Of a stretch of 64,000 bases of DNA, positions 27,729 to 37,281 are shown piece by piece. Each line of letters starts with the position of its first letter. The stretch's first letter is position 1. The stretch comes from a virus, in the IMG/VR virus record IMGVR_UViG_3300020171_000019, positions 12,138-76,137 of that record. One strand, 5' to 3'. Below the pieces are notes generated by a model. The model was given only the letters and a program-made list of their open reading frames with translations. It made no database searches and was not told the DNA's origin. The position numbers and the translations under genes were made by a program.

Positions 27729-28183
27729 CCTACACGTGTGGTTTCTGCAAGCGAAGAGGATTTCAAGAAGAACGGGCCTGTTATCTGGAGGAAGCATCCT
27801 ACGCAATCCCGTTACCCGTTCTGGCAGAAGATGGCGATAGACCGAGATTGACAACCGAAGTAGCGTCGGTAGAGATGGATGCTGACGCTGCGGTCGATGC
27901 ACTGGCAAGACTTCACGAGAGGATACCACAATGGACAATGGGCATGGTGTGGTTGCAATGGCTTCCTGCACTGTGTCCATTGTCATTGTCAACCGATCAG
28001 GACGTTTTTCTCCTGGCGCGGGAAACAGAGATGCGAGAATATCATCTTCCCTACTATGCCGGGGGGCTTGCGGATCAACCACAGAAGGTGCTGGAGGGCT
28101 TCGCGGCAATCAGAGACGGCAGAGGACAAAGGGAAATGGATCGAATAGAGGAGCAACGGATCAAAATGAGTTCAAAGGATTGA
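27662..28183 (+). CDS. -1 frameshift extension of tail chaperone (GT-like)
   Basis: -1 frame open from the slippery site (KRLSLLAYFF...YTCGFC...RAC) through ORF 27848-28183 (LPYYAGGLADQP). Confidence 0.8.
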   Translation, partial: KKRLSLLAYFFTWVGEEQDRQVTYTCGFCKRRGFQEERACYLEEASYAIPLPVLAEDGDRPRLTTEVASVEMDADAAVDALARLHERIPQWTMGMVWLQWLPALCPLSLSTDQDVFLLARETEMREYHLPYYAGGLADQPQKVLEGFAAIRDGRGQREMDRIEEQRIKMSSKD

Positions 28184-28193
28184 GGAGGACAAA

Positions 28194-31100
28194 ATGCCTC
28201 CAGGACTAAGCAGACGGCTTTCTCTCATAGTTGATATGTCGAGCAAGGCGGCACTGACCGGCCTGAAGCAACTGCAGTCTGCCATAAATGCTGTGAGTGC
28301 TACGGCAGGTCGTGTAGGAACAGGCGCAGCGACGGGGTTCTCTGCACTGCAGAAAGGCGCAAGCGCAGCAACGGGAGCAATGCAACGACTTGGGGAGGGG
28401 ATACGTTCGTCTTGGATGATTGCGAGTATTGCTATCTCTGCAGTATCGGCGGCCATTGGACTGTTTATCAACAAGACCGCAGCAGCCTATCAACAGATGC
28501 AGTCTGCGACGATTGGACTCAGGACGATTGCGAAGAGCTACGGCTATTCCGGTGACGAAGCTGAGGCAGCGGCGCGACAGCTTGAGAAGTCAACCAACGG
28601 CTTCCTGGATATGGGGAGCGCAGCACAGGCGCTCAAAAACCTTCTCGGTGCCGGACTTGATCTACCAAGAGCAACTGAACAAATCAAGGCCATGACAGAA
28701 CAGGCTATTTTCAACAGGCAGACACATTATGGACTGGCCGAGGCAGTAATCGTAGCGACTGAAGGCATCAAGAACGAGATGTCAATTGCAGCAGATGCTA
28801 CCGGTACAACCAAGAACCTGGCTCTAATGTGGAGGGACTACGCGAAAGCTCGTGGTCTGAATGTGATGGAACTCACGAAACTACAGAAAGCCGAAGCAGC
28901 ATATATCGGATTCATGGAAGAAGGAACGCGATCGGCTGGAGACTTCTCGAAGGCATTGGGCACTGCACAAGGATTTGAGGTGATGCTCGGTTTTGCTGTC
29001 AGAAAGACGAGTCAGGCTATCGGAGAGTTTTCCGCTCAACTGAAATGGGGCGTGGCGAATGCCCTGACCCCTTATATCACTCAAGTCAGGACGTGGATTG
29101 AAGCGCACAAAGAGGCGATAAGAGCAAAAGTTGCCGAGTGGGTGAGATCCATTACCGCTGCCATAGCACAGGCCATTGAGACGGGCATCAAGTATGGCAG
29201 TATGCTTATCGATTGGATAATGAAGAATCGGGACTTCATTCTGGAGGTTGGGAAGGCCGCTGCGATAATCGGAGCACTGGCTGTGGCGATGTCTTATCTG
29301 AAGAGTCCGATACTCGTGTCTATCGCAGCGCTATTGGTGCTCATGGCGCAATCCGAGGTGCTGCGCGGAGTGCTGATGGAGTTGGCAAAGTTTGTCAATG
29401 ACCACAAGGGGGTTTTGTTGACGATGCTCGGCATGTTCGTGGCGACACAGATCGTAACGAGCATCACTATGGTCACAGGGATGGTTGGCAAGTTGCAGTT
29501 TGCACTGTTGGCTCTTGCGACCAGCCCCGCAGTTCCCATGTTCGTAACATCCCTGGTTCAAGGGTTTGCCGCCATAATGGTTGCAGCGGGGCCGTGGTTG
29601 CTCTTGGTTGGAGCGTTGACGGCGGCGGGGGTAGCACTTTACAGGATGTGGGACGAATCAAACAAGCGAATGAAAGAAGCTGCAAAAACAACAGCAAACA
29701 TGAAAACGCCGATAGAGAACGACATGACTGCGTTGATGGATATGTCGCGCGAACTACAGAAGCTTCCCAAGGAGCAATCCATCAAGATAAAGACAATGGG
29801 GATGACGGAAACACAGACAACAGTGCGTGACTACATGAAAGTGCTTGAGGAAATACCGCGAGACAAGAGGATCAAGCTCAACATCACCGGCAAGAGCGAG
29901 ATAGAGGCTTCGGTAGACGAGCATATCCGGCAACTCGAACGGCTACCCAAAGAGCAACTCATCAAGATAACGACATATGGCGAAAAGGAAGCAACTACGA
30001 CAGCCGGAGCACACCTGCAGACTGTGCTTGGCGCAGCCGCTGCGACCCAGAAGGCCATGCGTAAACCAGAGGGACAGCGGACGCCGGAGGAGCGCGAGCA
30101 GATTGGATTGTTTTCTGCAAAGAAGTATGGGTTCTCCTTGACCGATTTGCCAGTTGCACGAAAGACACCTACATCTGCCACAAAAGCAACTGATGAGCAA
30201 ATGCAGGCCATGAAGAAACTCAGAAATCTCCAAGCTGAGATCAACATGGAGGCCATGTCGGGTTATGCTAAGGAAGTTGAGGCAATCAGACAAAAACGCG
30301 AGGCCAGCATTGCAGAGCAAGGCGAACTACAGAAGAAGGCCGGTGTTGCAGTGACGTTGATTGCCAATACTACTCTCGCTGAAAAGGAAGCGGCTACAGC
30401 ACGACAGAAACTTGACCAAGAGACATTGAGTAAAGTCAGGGAGACCATGGGTGAAATTATGGCCCTTGGAATGACGAATACTCAGGTTGAATTGGCAAAC
30501 ATCGATGCGGTCAAGCAGGCCAGGATTAAGGCACTCGTTGAGACTCGAAATATGCTCCGAGCAATGGCCGAAGCACCCGGGGCAGGGCCAGAGGCAAAAC
30601 AACGGCTCGCTGAGTTTGAGAGAAAAATCCCACAGAGCTTGGCAGGAGTTGAAACGGTTGCTGCAACGTCAAAAGTAGATGTAGTCAAGAAAGGCAAGGA
30701 AGAAGATAAACAAAAACTGGTGGATGCACAGAAAGCAATGATGGACGAGATGACTACTGCTGCTATAGCGGCCTATAATCGCGGTGATATTGCGGATGCA
30801 TTATCCACTGGAAAAAAGATTGAGAATATGCAACGAGTGGCTAACTCAAAACAAGAACTTATCACTGCTATGATGGCCGGGGAATCTGCTCTTACTGAGT
30901 ATCTCCTGAATGAATGGGGCCGACAATCTGAAGCCCATCAGACGATGCTTGATGTTACCAAGAATTCTTTTATGGCCGTGGCGCTAGTAATGGAGCGTGT
31001 CGGTCAGGCAATGTTTGATAAGGACGTAAGGCGACAACTTACAGCCGTAAATGTAGCCAAGATGGCAGGACGGGCTGTATTGGCTGAATTTGCTGATATG

Positions 31101-31553
31101 ATCAAGGCCAAGCTGGAATTGCGTATGAAAGAATATGTATTGGAGGCAACAGCAGCAGCAATTTCTCTTAATTTCGTGCAGGCAGCCAAGTATGCAGCAT
31201 TGGCGGCACTTACGGGATTGGCCGCTGGTGTTGCGGGTGGATATGCAGAACGGCAACGCAGCTTGATAGACAAGCAACTGAGTGTCCCAACAGGACAGAC
31301 ACAAGGAGGAGGGAGTGGTGGTGGTGAAGGTATTTATGGAGGATCACGCGCCGAAACTACGTCCTTTGCCGCTGTGTCCGTCCAGAAGGAACCGAACATC
31401 ACGATTGCGCCATCCGTGACAATAGAAGCCGGTCACGATGTTTTCATAGGCGAGGGCAGCGTTGAGGAATTCAAGGTTTCACTGGAGCGCGTGATGGTGC
31501 AGTCCATCAAGGACGCGATGAGCACCGGACAAATCAAGGTAGGGAGAGGATGA
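28194..31553 (+). CDS. tail tape measure protein
   Basis: 1119 aa helical Ala-rich protein with hydrophobic mid-segment, after the chaperones. Confidence 0.9.
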   Translation: MPPGLSRRLSLIVDMSSKAALTGLKQLQSAINAVSATAGRVGTGAATGFSALQKGASAATGAMQRLGEGIRSSWMIASIAISAVSAAIGLFINKTAAAYQQMQSATIGLRTIAKSYGYSGDEAEAAARQLEKSTNGFLDMGSAAQALKNLLGAGLDLPRATEQIKAMTEQAIFNRQTHYGLAEAVIVATEGIKNEMSIAADATGTTKNLALMWRDYAKARGLNVMELTKLQKAEAAYIGFMEEGTRSAGDFSKALGTAQGFEVMLGFAVRKTSQAIGEFSAQLKWGVANALTPYITQVRTWIEAHKEAIRAKVAEWVRSITAAIAQAIETGIKYGSMLIDWIMKNRDFILEVGKAAAIIGALAVAMSYLKSPILVSIAALLVLMAQSEVLRGVLMELAKFVNDHKGVLLTMLGMFVATQIVTSITMVTGMVGKLQFALLALATSPAVPMFVTSLVQGFAAIMVAAGPWLLLVGALTAAGVALYRMWDESNKRMKEAAKTTANMKTPIENDMTALMDMSRELQKLPKEQSIKIKTMGMTETQTTVRDYMKVLEEIPRDKRIKLNITGKSEIEASVDEHIRQLERLPKEQLIKITTYGEKEATTTAGAHLQTVLGAAAATQKAMRKPEGQRTPEEREQIGLFSAKKYGFSLTDLPVARKTPTSATKATDEQMQAMKKLRNLQAEINMEAMSGYAKEVEAIRQKREASIAEQGELQKKAGVAVTLIANTTLAEKEAATARQKLDQETLSKVRETMGEIMALGMTNTQVELANIDAVKQARIKALVETRNMLRAMAEAPGAGPEAKQRLAEFERKIPQSLAGVETVAATSKVDVVKKGKEEDKQKLVDAQKAMMDEMTTAAIAAYNRGDIADALSTGKKIENMQRVANSKQELITAMMAGESALTEYLLNEWGRQSEAHQTMLDVTKNSFMAVALVMERVGQAMFDKDVRRQLTAVNVAKMAGRAVLAEFADMIKAKLELRMKEYVLEATAAAISLNFVQAAKYAALAALTGLAAGVAGGYAERQRSLIDKQLSVPTGQTQGGGSGGGEGIYGGSRAETTSFAAVSVQKEPNITIAPSVTIEAGHDVFIGEGSVEEFKVSLERVMVQSIKDAMSTGQIKVGRG

Positions 31554-32152
31554 TGACCTGGGATGAGGCGCAACCCTTGATCAATAGCATCGACGGCTTT
31601 CTGGGGGCACAAGAAGGGGAGTGGCTTTTTCGGCAGGTTCAGGCAATACCTGATAGTGCAGTTGTCGTGGAGATAGGAAGTCTGCGAGGGCGGTCAACGG
31701 CCTGCTTGGCTCTTGGGTGCAAAGGGACGCAAAAGAGAGTGATTGCCATTGATCCGTTTGTTGACTGCCGGTATGACCTGGCAGGGGCGCAGTCCTACTT
31801 CGATGTCTGGCGTGGCAACATGGAGCGCATTGGGGTGATTGACCGGATTGAGTCTTTGGTTATGGATAGTCGGCAAGCAGGCGCATTGTGGGGGCAGCGG
31901 CAAACACCAATACACTTACTTTTTGTCGATGGTTCGCATTTGAGGGATGACGTTATTGCTGATTTCGAGGACTTCTTTCCTTGGGTTGTGGAGGGTGGGG
32001 TAGTTGCATTTCACGACATACTTAACAATTTTGTGGGGCCACAGGAAGCATGGGAAAGGTGCTCCGGACTGTTGATCAACGTCGGGATGTGTGATTCTAT
32101 GATGTTCGGACAAAAACCGGCCACGAACTACGAGGGCAAGAATGGTCACTGA
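31550..32152 (+). CDS. class I SAM methyltransferase (Methyltransf_24-like)
   Basis: VVEIGSLRGRS, AIDPF, LLFVDGSH, GGVVAFHD. Confidence 0.88.
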   Translation: MMTWDEAQPLINSIDGFLGAQEGEWLFRQVQAIPDSAVVVEIGSLRGRSTACLALGCKGTQKRVIAIDPFVDCRYDLAGAQSYFDVWRGNMERIGVIDRIESLVMDSRQAGALWGQRQTPIHLLFVDGSHLRDDVIADFEDFFPWVVEGGVVAFHDILNNFVGPQEAWERCSGLLINVGMCDSMMFGQKPATNYEGKNGH

Positions 32153-32693
32153 CAGGTCTCTGCATCGACACACCGTGGCGGATGGTTTTCTGAGACGTCA
32201 TTTGCCACATGGTTCAGGAGTAGTGATTGATGTTGGAGCGAGCGAAAACCACGAATACGAAGACAACTACCGGGCGACCTTTAAGTCATTCGGCTATGAA
32301 TACAAGCCGGGATACCTTGTTGAAGGCTGGGATCTGGCGCAGAGACAAGGCTGCAAATATACTGGCATTTTCTGTTCTCACGTGCTTGAACACATTCCGA
32401 ACGATGAAATAGCGGCCAAATATCTTTGGTCGATGGCAGGGAGCTTCCTGGTGGTGGTTCTGCCGATAGCCGATGAGCACATTGAATACGGGGAAGCTCG
32501 ACAAGAGGAATGGGGTCATGTGCGGCGATACTCAATAGAGAGAGTGTTGTCATTGTTTCCTGACTTGCCAGATGCCTGTGAGGTTGAGGATGTGATTTCT
32601 TTCCTTCCATCAGGGGAGTCATGTCCGTTTGACAACTGGCAAATAGAGTGCCTGTGGGTCAAGGAGGAGGATAGATGTCATTCTCGGGACTGA
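32142..32693 (+). CDS. class I SAM methyltransferase-like protein
   Basis: VIDVGA, FCSHVLEHI, GHVRRY. Confidence 0.75.
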   Translation: MVTDRSLHRHTVADGFLRRHLPHGSGVVIDVGASENHEYEDNYRATFKSFGYEYKPGYLVEGWDLAQRQGCKYTGIFCSHVLEHIPNDEIAAKYLWSMAGSFLVVVLPIADEHIEYGEARQEEWGHVRRYSIERVLSLFPDLPDACEVEDVISFLPSGESCPFDNWQIECLWVKEEDRCHSRD

Positions 32694-33505
32694 GCCCCAA
32701 CGGAGTGCCCTATACCTGTGATAGCTGGCCGGAAGACAAAACCGGCGACTTCAACTGTGCTATCCTTGACATTGACATCACGCACAGATGCAACCTGCGA
32801 TGCGACGGGTGTATGCACTACTGCAATTATGGTATCGGCGGCGATCATCCATTCGGTGAAGGAGGCCAGTGGATGCGGAATTGGGCCGGGAAAGTGAAAC
32901 CGGCGCGATTCACGATTGTCGGCGGGGAGCCATTATTGCATCCAGGGTTACATGACTACATGTTGCTTGGCGCAGAACTGTTCCCGGATTCAAGGCGTCG
33001 GGTATATACGAATGGATGGTTTCTACATGCCACACTCGGAAAGTGGCTACAGGAGACCGGATTCGATCTCTACATAAGCATGTATCCTGTGTCCAGTGAC
33101 AAGGTTTTGCGGCGAGATGAGGGTATCCGGAGGTTTCTGTCCGAGGTGCCACAGGACGTATCAGTGCAAGCCGTGCAGATGAAAGATCACTGGAGAAGAC
33201 CGCATCTTGGCTTCGGGTCAACACTACGACCGCACAACAGCGATCCTGTAGGGGCGTGGTCTTGGTGTACCGCACGACACGCAGTCCAGTTACACGACAA
33301 TCGACTCTGGAAATGCTGCGTGTCTGCATATCTGCCGATGGCCTTGGGAAAACTCGGACTTATGGAATGTCCGGAATGGCAACCCTTCCTGGATCAACAC
33401 AGCCTTGGGACAGAAGCAACATACGACGACGTGGCAGTATTCGCATTGCGCGGCGCAGAGGCCATTTGCGAGATGTGCCCGGACGATGGATGGGGTGAGG
33501 TATGA
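32675..33505 (+). CDS. radical SAM protein
   Basis: CNLRCDGC, GGEPLLHP, YTNG, C-terminal KCC...CEMC. Confidence 0.9.
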   Translation: MSFSGLSPNGVPYTCDSWPEDKTGDFNCAILDIDITHRCNLRCDGCMHYCNYGIGGDHPFGEGGQWMRNWAGKVKPARFTIVGGEPLLHPGLHDYMLLGAELFPDSRRRVYTNGWFLHATLGKWLQETGFDLYISMYPVSSDKVLRRDEGIRRFLSEVPQDVSVQAVQMKDHWRRPHLGFGSTLRPHNSDPVGAWSWCTARHAVQLHDNRLWKCCVSAYLPMALGKLGLMECPEWQPFLDQHSLGTEATYDDVAVFALRGAEAICEMCPDDGWGEV

Positions 33506-34236
33506 TCGTGTCGGTTGTTGTACCGGTCTGTAATGTGGATCAATTCACGGGGACGCTATTTTCCTTATCTCAACAGACGAGGATGGCTGACGAAATAGTG
33601 ATGGTGATTGAGAGAAGATTGTTGGGATTGATTCCGCTGAAATGGGTTTGTAAGCAGTTGGAACTGCCGATTGTCTGGTCTATAATCAAGGATGAGGACA
33701 GAGGGAAATCAGGCAAGCGCCGCAACATTGGAGCACGAGAGGCGAGGGGTGACATACTTCTCTTTGTAGATGACACGATTCTGCTACCAAACAATGCGAT
33801 AGAACGAATGACGAGTTATTACCAGTCTGATTCATTGGCGGTATCTGCACGAATACTGTTGTGCTATGGCGACGAGGGGTGCATTGAAATGCCTCGCAAA
33901 GATGGCCTTTGTGCATGGGGGGCATACAGGCCGTGGACAAACACCTCAATGATTCAACGAGACGTATTCTTCGACGTTGGAGCTTTTGATGAGGACGTGG
34001 ATGACACAAAAGACGGCTGGGGGAACGATGATGAAGACATAACATATCGGATAATCAAAGCCGGAATTCCACACGTGATTGATACATCGGTGACTTGTAT
34101 TCATCTTAACCATCCGCGGTATGCGGCTCGTGGGTGGACGGATGCAGGCAAGGCGTATTTTCACAAGAAACACGGAATGACAGTTCCCGAAACACACCAA
34201 TGGATACACGAAAGTGGACTCGTGAGGGTTGTATGA
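33502..34236 (+). CDS. glycosyltransferase family 2
   Basis: VSVVVP, RNIGAREARGDILLFVDD, GAFDE, WGNDDED. Confidence 0.9.
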   Translation: MIVSVVVPVCNVDQFTGTLFSLSQQTRMADEIVMVIERRLLGLIPLKWVCKQLELPIVWSIIKDEDRGKSGKRRNIGAREARGDILLFVDDTILLPNNAIERMTSYYQSDSLAVSARILLCYGDEGCIEMPRKDGLCAWGAYRPWTNTSMIQRDVFFDVGAFDEDVDDTKDGWGNDDEDITYRIIKAGIPHVIDTSVTCIHLNHPRYAARGWTDAGKAYFHKKHGMTVPETHQWIHESGLVRVV

Positions 34237-35114
34237 CTTCTTGGTTGATTCTTCTGGACAATGACGAAAAGGGCAGCACGTCCGTCAGGCATGCACGATA
34301 CATTGAACGAGTCCTTCGATCCCAGCCAAAAGAGCACTCGGTGCAACGCTTGGTGTGGCGAGAAGGGATCGTTGTTCCTGATGCTGATATTGTGATTGAC
34401 ATAGGTTCACGGTGCCGGATTGAGGAGATAGGGGCTAAACTGAAGATCAACTACATCGAAGCCCTCCCGGGGTATCACACTCCCCTTGATGACAAGCGAT
34501 ATGACCTCTACATCTCGGGTAGTCCGCAACTGGCGCAGAATGACAGATGGCACTATATTCCACCGCCGGTTGATCCTGCAATGTTCAAAGCGGACGAGCA
34601 ACACAAGACTTCATTGCCAGAGATTGACGGAGTGACATACATCGGCCAATACTATGGTATGAAGTCATACCGGAAGGACATGAACCGGCTTCAGGATTTC
34701 TTACAGGCAGCGAGCGCGATGTATCCGGTCTCGGTCTATGGAGACAACTGGCAATCAGCGCGACCACCGTTGAGGCTGATGCACCGGGGGTACTGTGACC
34801 TGATAGACTTGTGGTCAGTGTATCGACATAGCATAGCGATCAACACAACCAAGGGTCTTGACCATTCTTCCACGGCTTGCAATCTGCGCCCTATGGAAAC
34901 ATGGGCATCTGGGGGCATCCTGTGGTCTGATCCATTGCCTCCAGAGTTCGACGAATGGTATGTCCCATTGGGTGAGATAAACAAGGAAAGCCTGTGCAAT
35001 GAGATCATGGAAAGGATGGAGCCACAACGAGAGGAATTTCGTCGGGTAGTTTGTGAACGATACAACTACCGTGTGTTTGTGGATAAACTTCTGCGGCTGA
35101 CACAAGAATACTGA
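34233..35114 (+). CDS. GT-B glycosyltransferase (CgeB/YkvP-like)
   Basis: VDPAMF, VYGDNW, CNLRPMETWASGG. Confidence 0.7.
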   Translation: MTSWLILLDNDEKGSTSVRHARYIERVLRSQPKEHSVQRLVWREGIVVPDADIVIDIGSRCRIEEIGAKLKINYIEALPGYHTPLDDKRYDLYISGSPQLAQNDRWHYIPPPVDPAMFKADEQHKTSLPEIDGVTYIGQYYGMKSYRKDMNRLQDFLQAASAMYPVSVYGDNWQSARPPLRLMHRGYCDLIDLWSVYRHSIAINTTKGLDHSSTACNLRPMETWASGGILWSDPLPPEFDEWYVPLGEINKESLCNEIMERMEPQREEFRRVVCERYNYRVFVDKLLRLTQEY

Positions 35115-35123
35115 GAGGGCAAG

Positions 35124-36140
35124 ATGCGTATCGGTTTTTGGGTTGACGGCAATCGGATCGTGACAGAATCGGACTTCCAGTCTCAACCCCTGGGAGGCAC
35201 TGAGCACTCCATCTTGCGGCTGTCCCAAACACTGGCCGCACGAGGGCACGAGGTGTATCTGTCGGGGGCCACTGAAACCAGGGCAATACTTGATGGCCGT
35301 GTTGTGATTCTCCCAGCGACTTCTTTTCTGGCAATCCCCTATCTCGATGTGGTGATATGCACGAATGGATTGCATTCAATCCCGAATGCAAAGAGGGTCT
35401 TCTTGTGGTCGCACATCTACCAGTTTGATGCTCCCGATCCCGTTTCTATCTTGGATTGCGGCGGCATCGTCTATGCAAGTGAATCATATCGGGTGCTTCT
35501 GACGGAGAAATATCCGTGGCTTGAAGAGTCCAAGTGGTGGCAGATTCCCCTCGGAGTTGATACAGCGCCAAAGACACGGCTCAAGCGGTACCCGTGGATA
35601 GCTTATGCAGCAATACCGAATCGGGGTCTCAGCGATTTATTGGCTTGGGTAGATGATTTTGTGGCCGCAGGAATTGAGAAAGTCATGGTTTACTCCGGAT
35701 GGGAACTCTACTACCCATACCGCAAGGGATTAGAGGATCTTGCACCACTGGCGGAACACCCAAATGTGCAGGTTATTGGGGCCTTGCCTTATCAGCAATT
35801 ACAGAGAGAACTGTCAAGGTGCTTGATCTATTGCTACCCCTGTAATCTTTCTCAAGAGGAACCCTGGTGCCATTCTGTGCAGACTGCAATAGCCTGTGGT
35901 CTTCCGGTTGTGACGACGACTCCGAGGTGGCCGATGTCCGGGCGTGATCGTGGGCAGGTATGGTGCGGGAGCATAATCAGGAATGACCGCGAAGTGCAAG
36001 ATCGCATGGTTGCGGCAGTGGCAAGACTCTGCGAGGACAAAGGATACTGGACTAAACTGCATAACCAGGGCCAAGAAATCACACAAGAACACTCGTGGGA
36101 CAAGATTGCCGAGCAATGGGAATCAGTACTCACGAGATAG
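35124..36140 (+). CDS. glycosyltransferase family 4-like
   Basis: LGGTE, LAARGHEV, IPLGVD, PNRGL, EPWC...AIACGLPVV, SWDKIA. Confidence 0.88.
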   Translation: MRIGFWVDGNRIVTESDFQSQPLGGTEHSILRLSQTLAARGHEVYLSGATETRAILDGRVVILPATSFLAIPYLDVVICTNGLHSIPNAKRVFLWSHIYQFDAPDPVSILDCGGIVYASESYRVLLTEKYPWLEESKWWQIPLGVDTAPKTRLKRYPWIAYAAIPNRGLSDLLAWVDDFVAAGIEKVMVYSGWELYYPYRKGLEDLAPLAEHPNVQVIGALPYQQLQRELSRCLIYCYPCNLSQEEPWCHSVQTAIACGLPVVTTTPRWPMSGRDRGQVWCGSIIRNDREVQDRMVAAVARLCEDKGYWTKLHNQGQEITQEHSWDKIAEQWESVLTR

Positions 36141-36149
36141 GAGAATGGC

Positions 36150-37280
36150 ATGGATGACCTGACATATCTACTGCAACCAGTGTACGGATGGAATGCTCCT
36201 TGGGACGCGAGTATCCTCTTAGGCAAGATTCACGCAGATGCAGAGGCGACCTGGCACAACTCCACCAAGGCGGGTGTTGGCACTTGGGAAGGGCAGTCCG
36301 GATCAACCACGGCGCCGCCTTACATCAGGATGGTTACAGCGCGCGCGCGGGCATATCTGACTGCACCGATGAATGATCTCTTTCGGGATCGCGTGCATCA
36401 GGCTTGTGACTATCTCGTATCGGTCCAGCAACCGGACGGGCGATGGGAATCCACGAGTACGACAGGGGCAGGTTCGACCATTGATGATGCTTTCGACACT
36501 GCGGAAACAGGATGGTTGCTTGCCGAGGCATCCAGGTTCTTTGGTATCCCTGCATACCGCACTGCGGCCATAAAGGCGGCGCAATGGCAGATTGCAGGGG
36601 CAGTGACGGCACAATACGCCGATCCTGAGTATTACGCGGCACACCCAGGAGATTCGCCGCTCAAGCAAGTGATGGGTTTCCAGAATGCAAACTTCGTTGG
36701 GTCCATCATTAGGCACCTGTGCGCCGCATTGTCTCACGTCACCGACCTGATGTTGCGCGACTCCATCCTGCAGGCAATCCGGGAGGCCGCCGTAGCCCTT
36801 GACAGTTGGTTGATACAGACAAACGGCATTTTTGGCACATGGCAGCACTACGGGGATTACCCGAGTGGCTTGGCTGGAGGCAGCAATGTCAAGGCAATGA
36901 CATATCACGATTTGGCCGTCTCTGGACTGTTTGCGGCGTCGCCTTATATGGCCGAGACCGTGAAGCTGGAACCGAACATATACCGAGCGATCAACTACGC
37001 CATACGGCAGCAGCAGCCGAACGGGTTGACGCTGTATCGTCCTGACGGCATAGCAACCGGGCCTTATGGAGGCTGGACTGTGGCGGATGGACTTCGCACT
37101 ACAGTTCGGAATCCGGTGAATCAATTCCGAGGAGCGATCTTTCTCTTTGCTCTGGGGAAAGCCTGTGATGGTGTGAACTGGCAGGGAACAGGCAAGGCGA
37201 TGATGGAGCAGAGAATGGTGTTGCTGAGATTCATTGCAGCCTATCAGCGTTGGCAGTCTTGGTGGAGAGGCGGGCAGTAG
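36150..37280 (+). CDS. alpha/alpha-toroid protein (QxxDGxW repeats)
   Basis: ACDYLVSVQQPDGRW, AINYAIRQQQPNG; paralog of the next gene's N-terminus. Confidence 0.65.
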   Translation: MDDLTYLLQPVYGWNAPWDASILLGKIHADAEATWHNSTKAGVGTWEGQSGSTTAPPYIRMVTARARAYLTAPMNDLFRDRVHQACDYLVSVQQPDGRWESTSTTGAGSTIDDAFDTAETGWLLAEASRFFGIPAYRTAAIKAAQWQIAGAVTAQYADPEYYAAHPGDSPLKQVMGFQNANFVGSIIRHLCAALSHVTDLMLRDSILQAIREAAVALDSWLIQTNGIFGTWQHYGDYPSGLAGGSNVKAMTYHDLAVSGLFAASPYMAETVKLEPNIYRAINYAIRQQQPNGLTLYRPDGIATGPYGGWTVADGLRTTVRNPVNQFRGAIFLFALGKACDGVNWQGTGKAMMEQRMVLLRFIAAYQRWQSWWRGGQ

Positions 37281-37281
37281 A

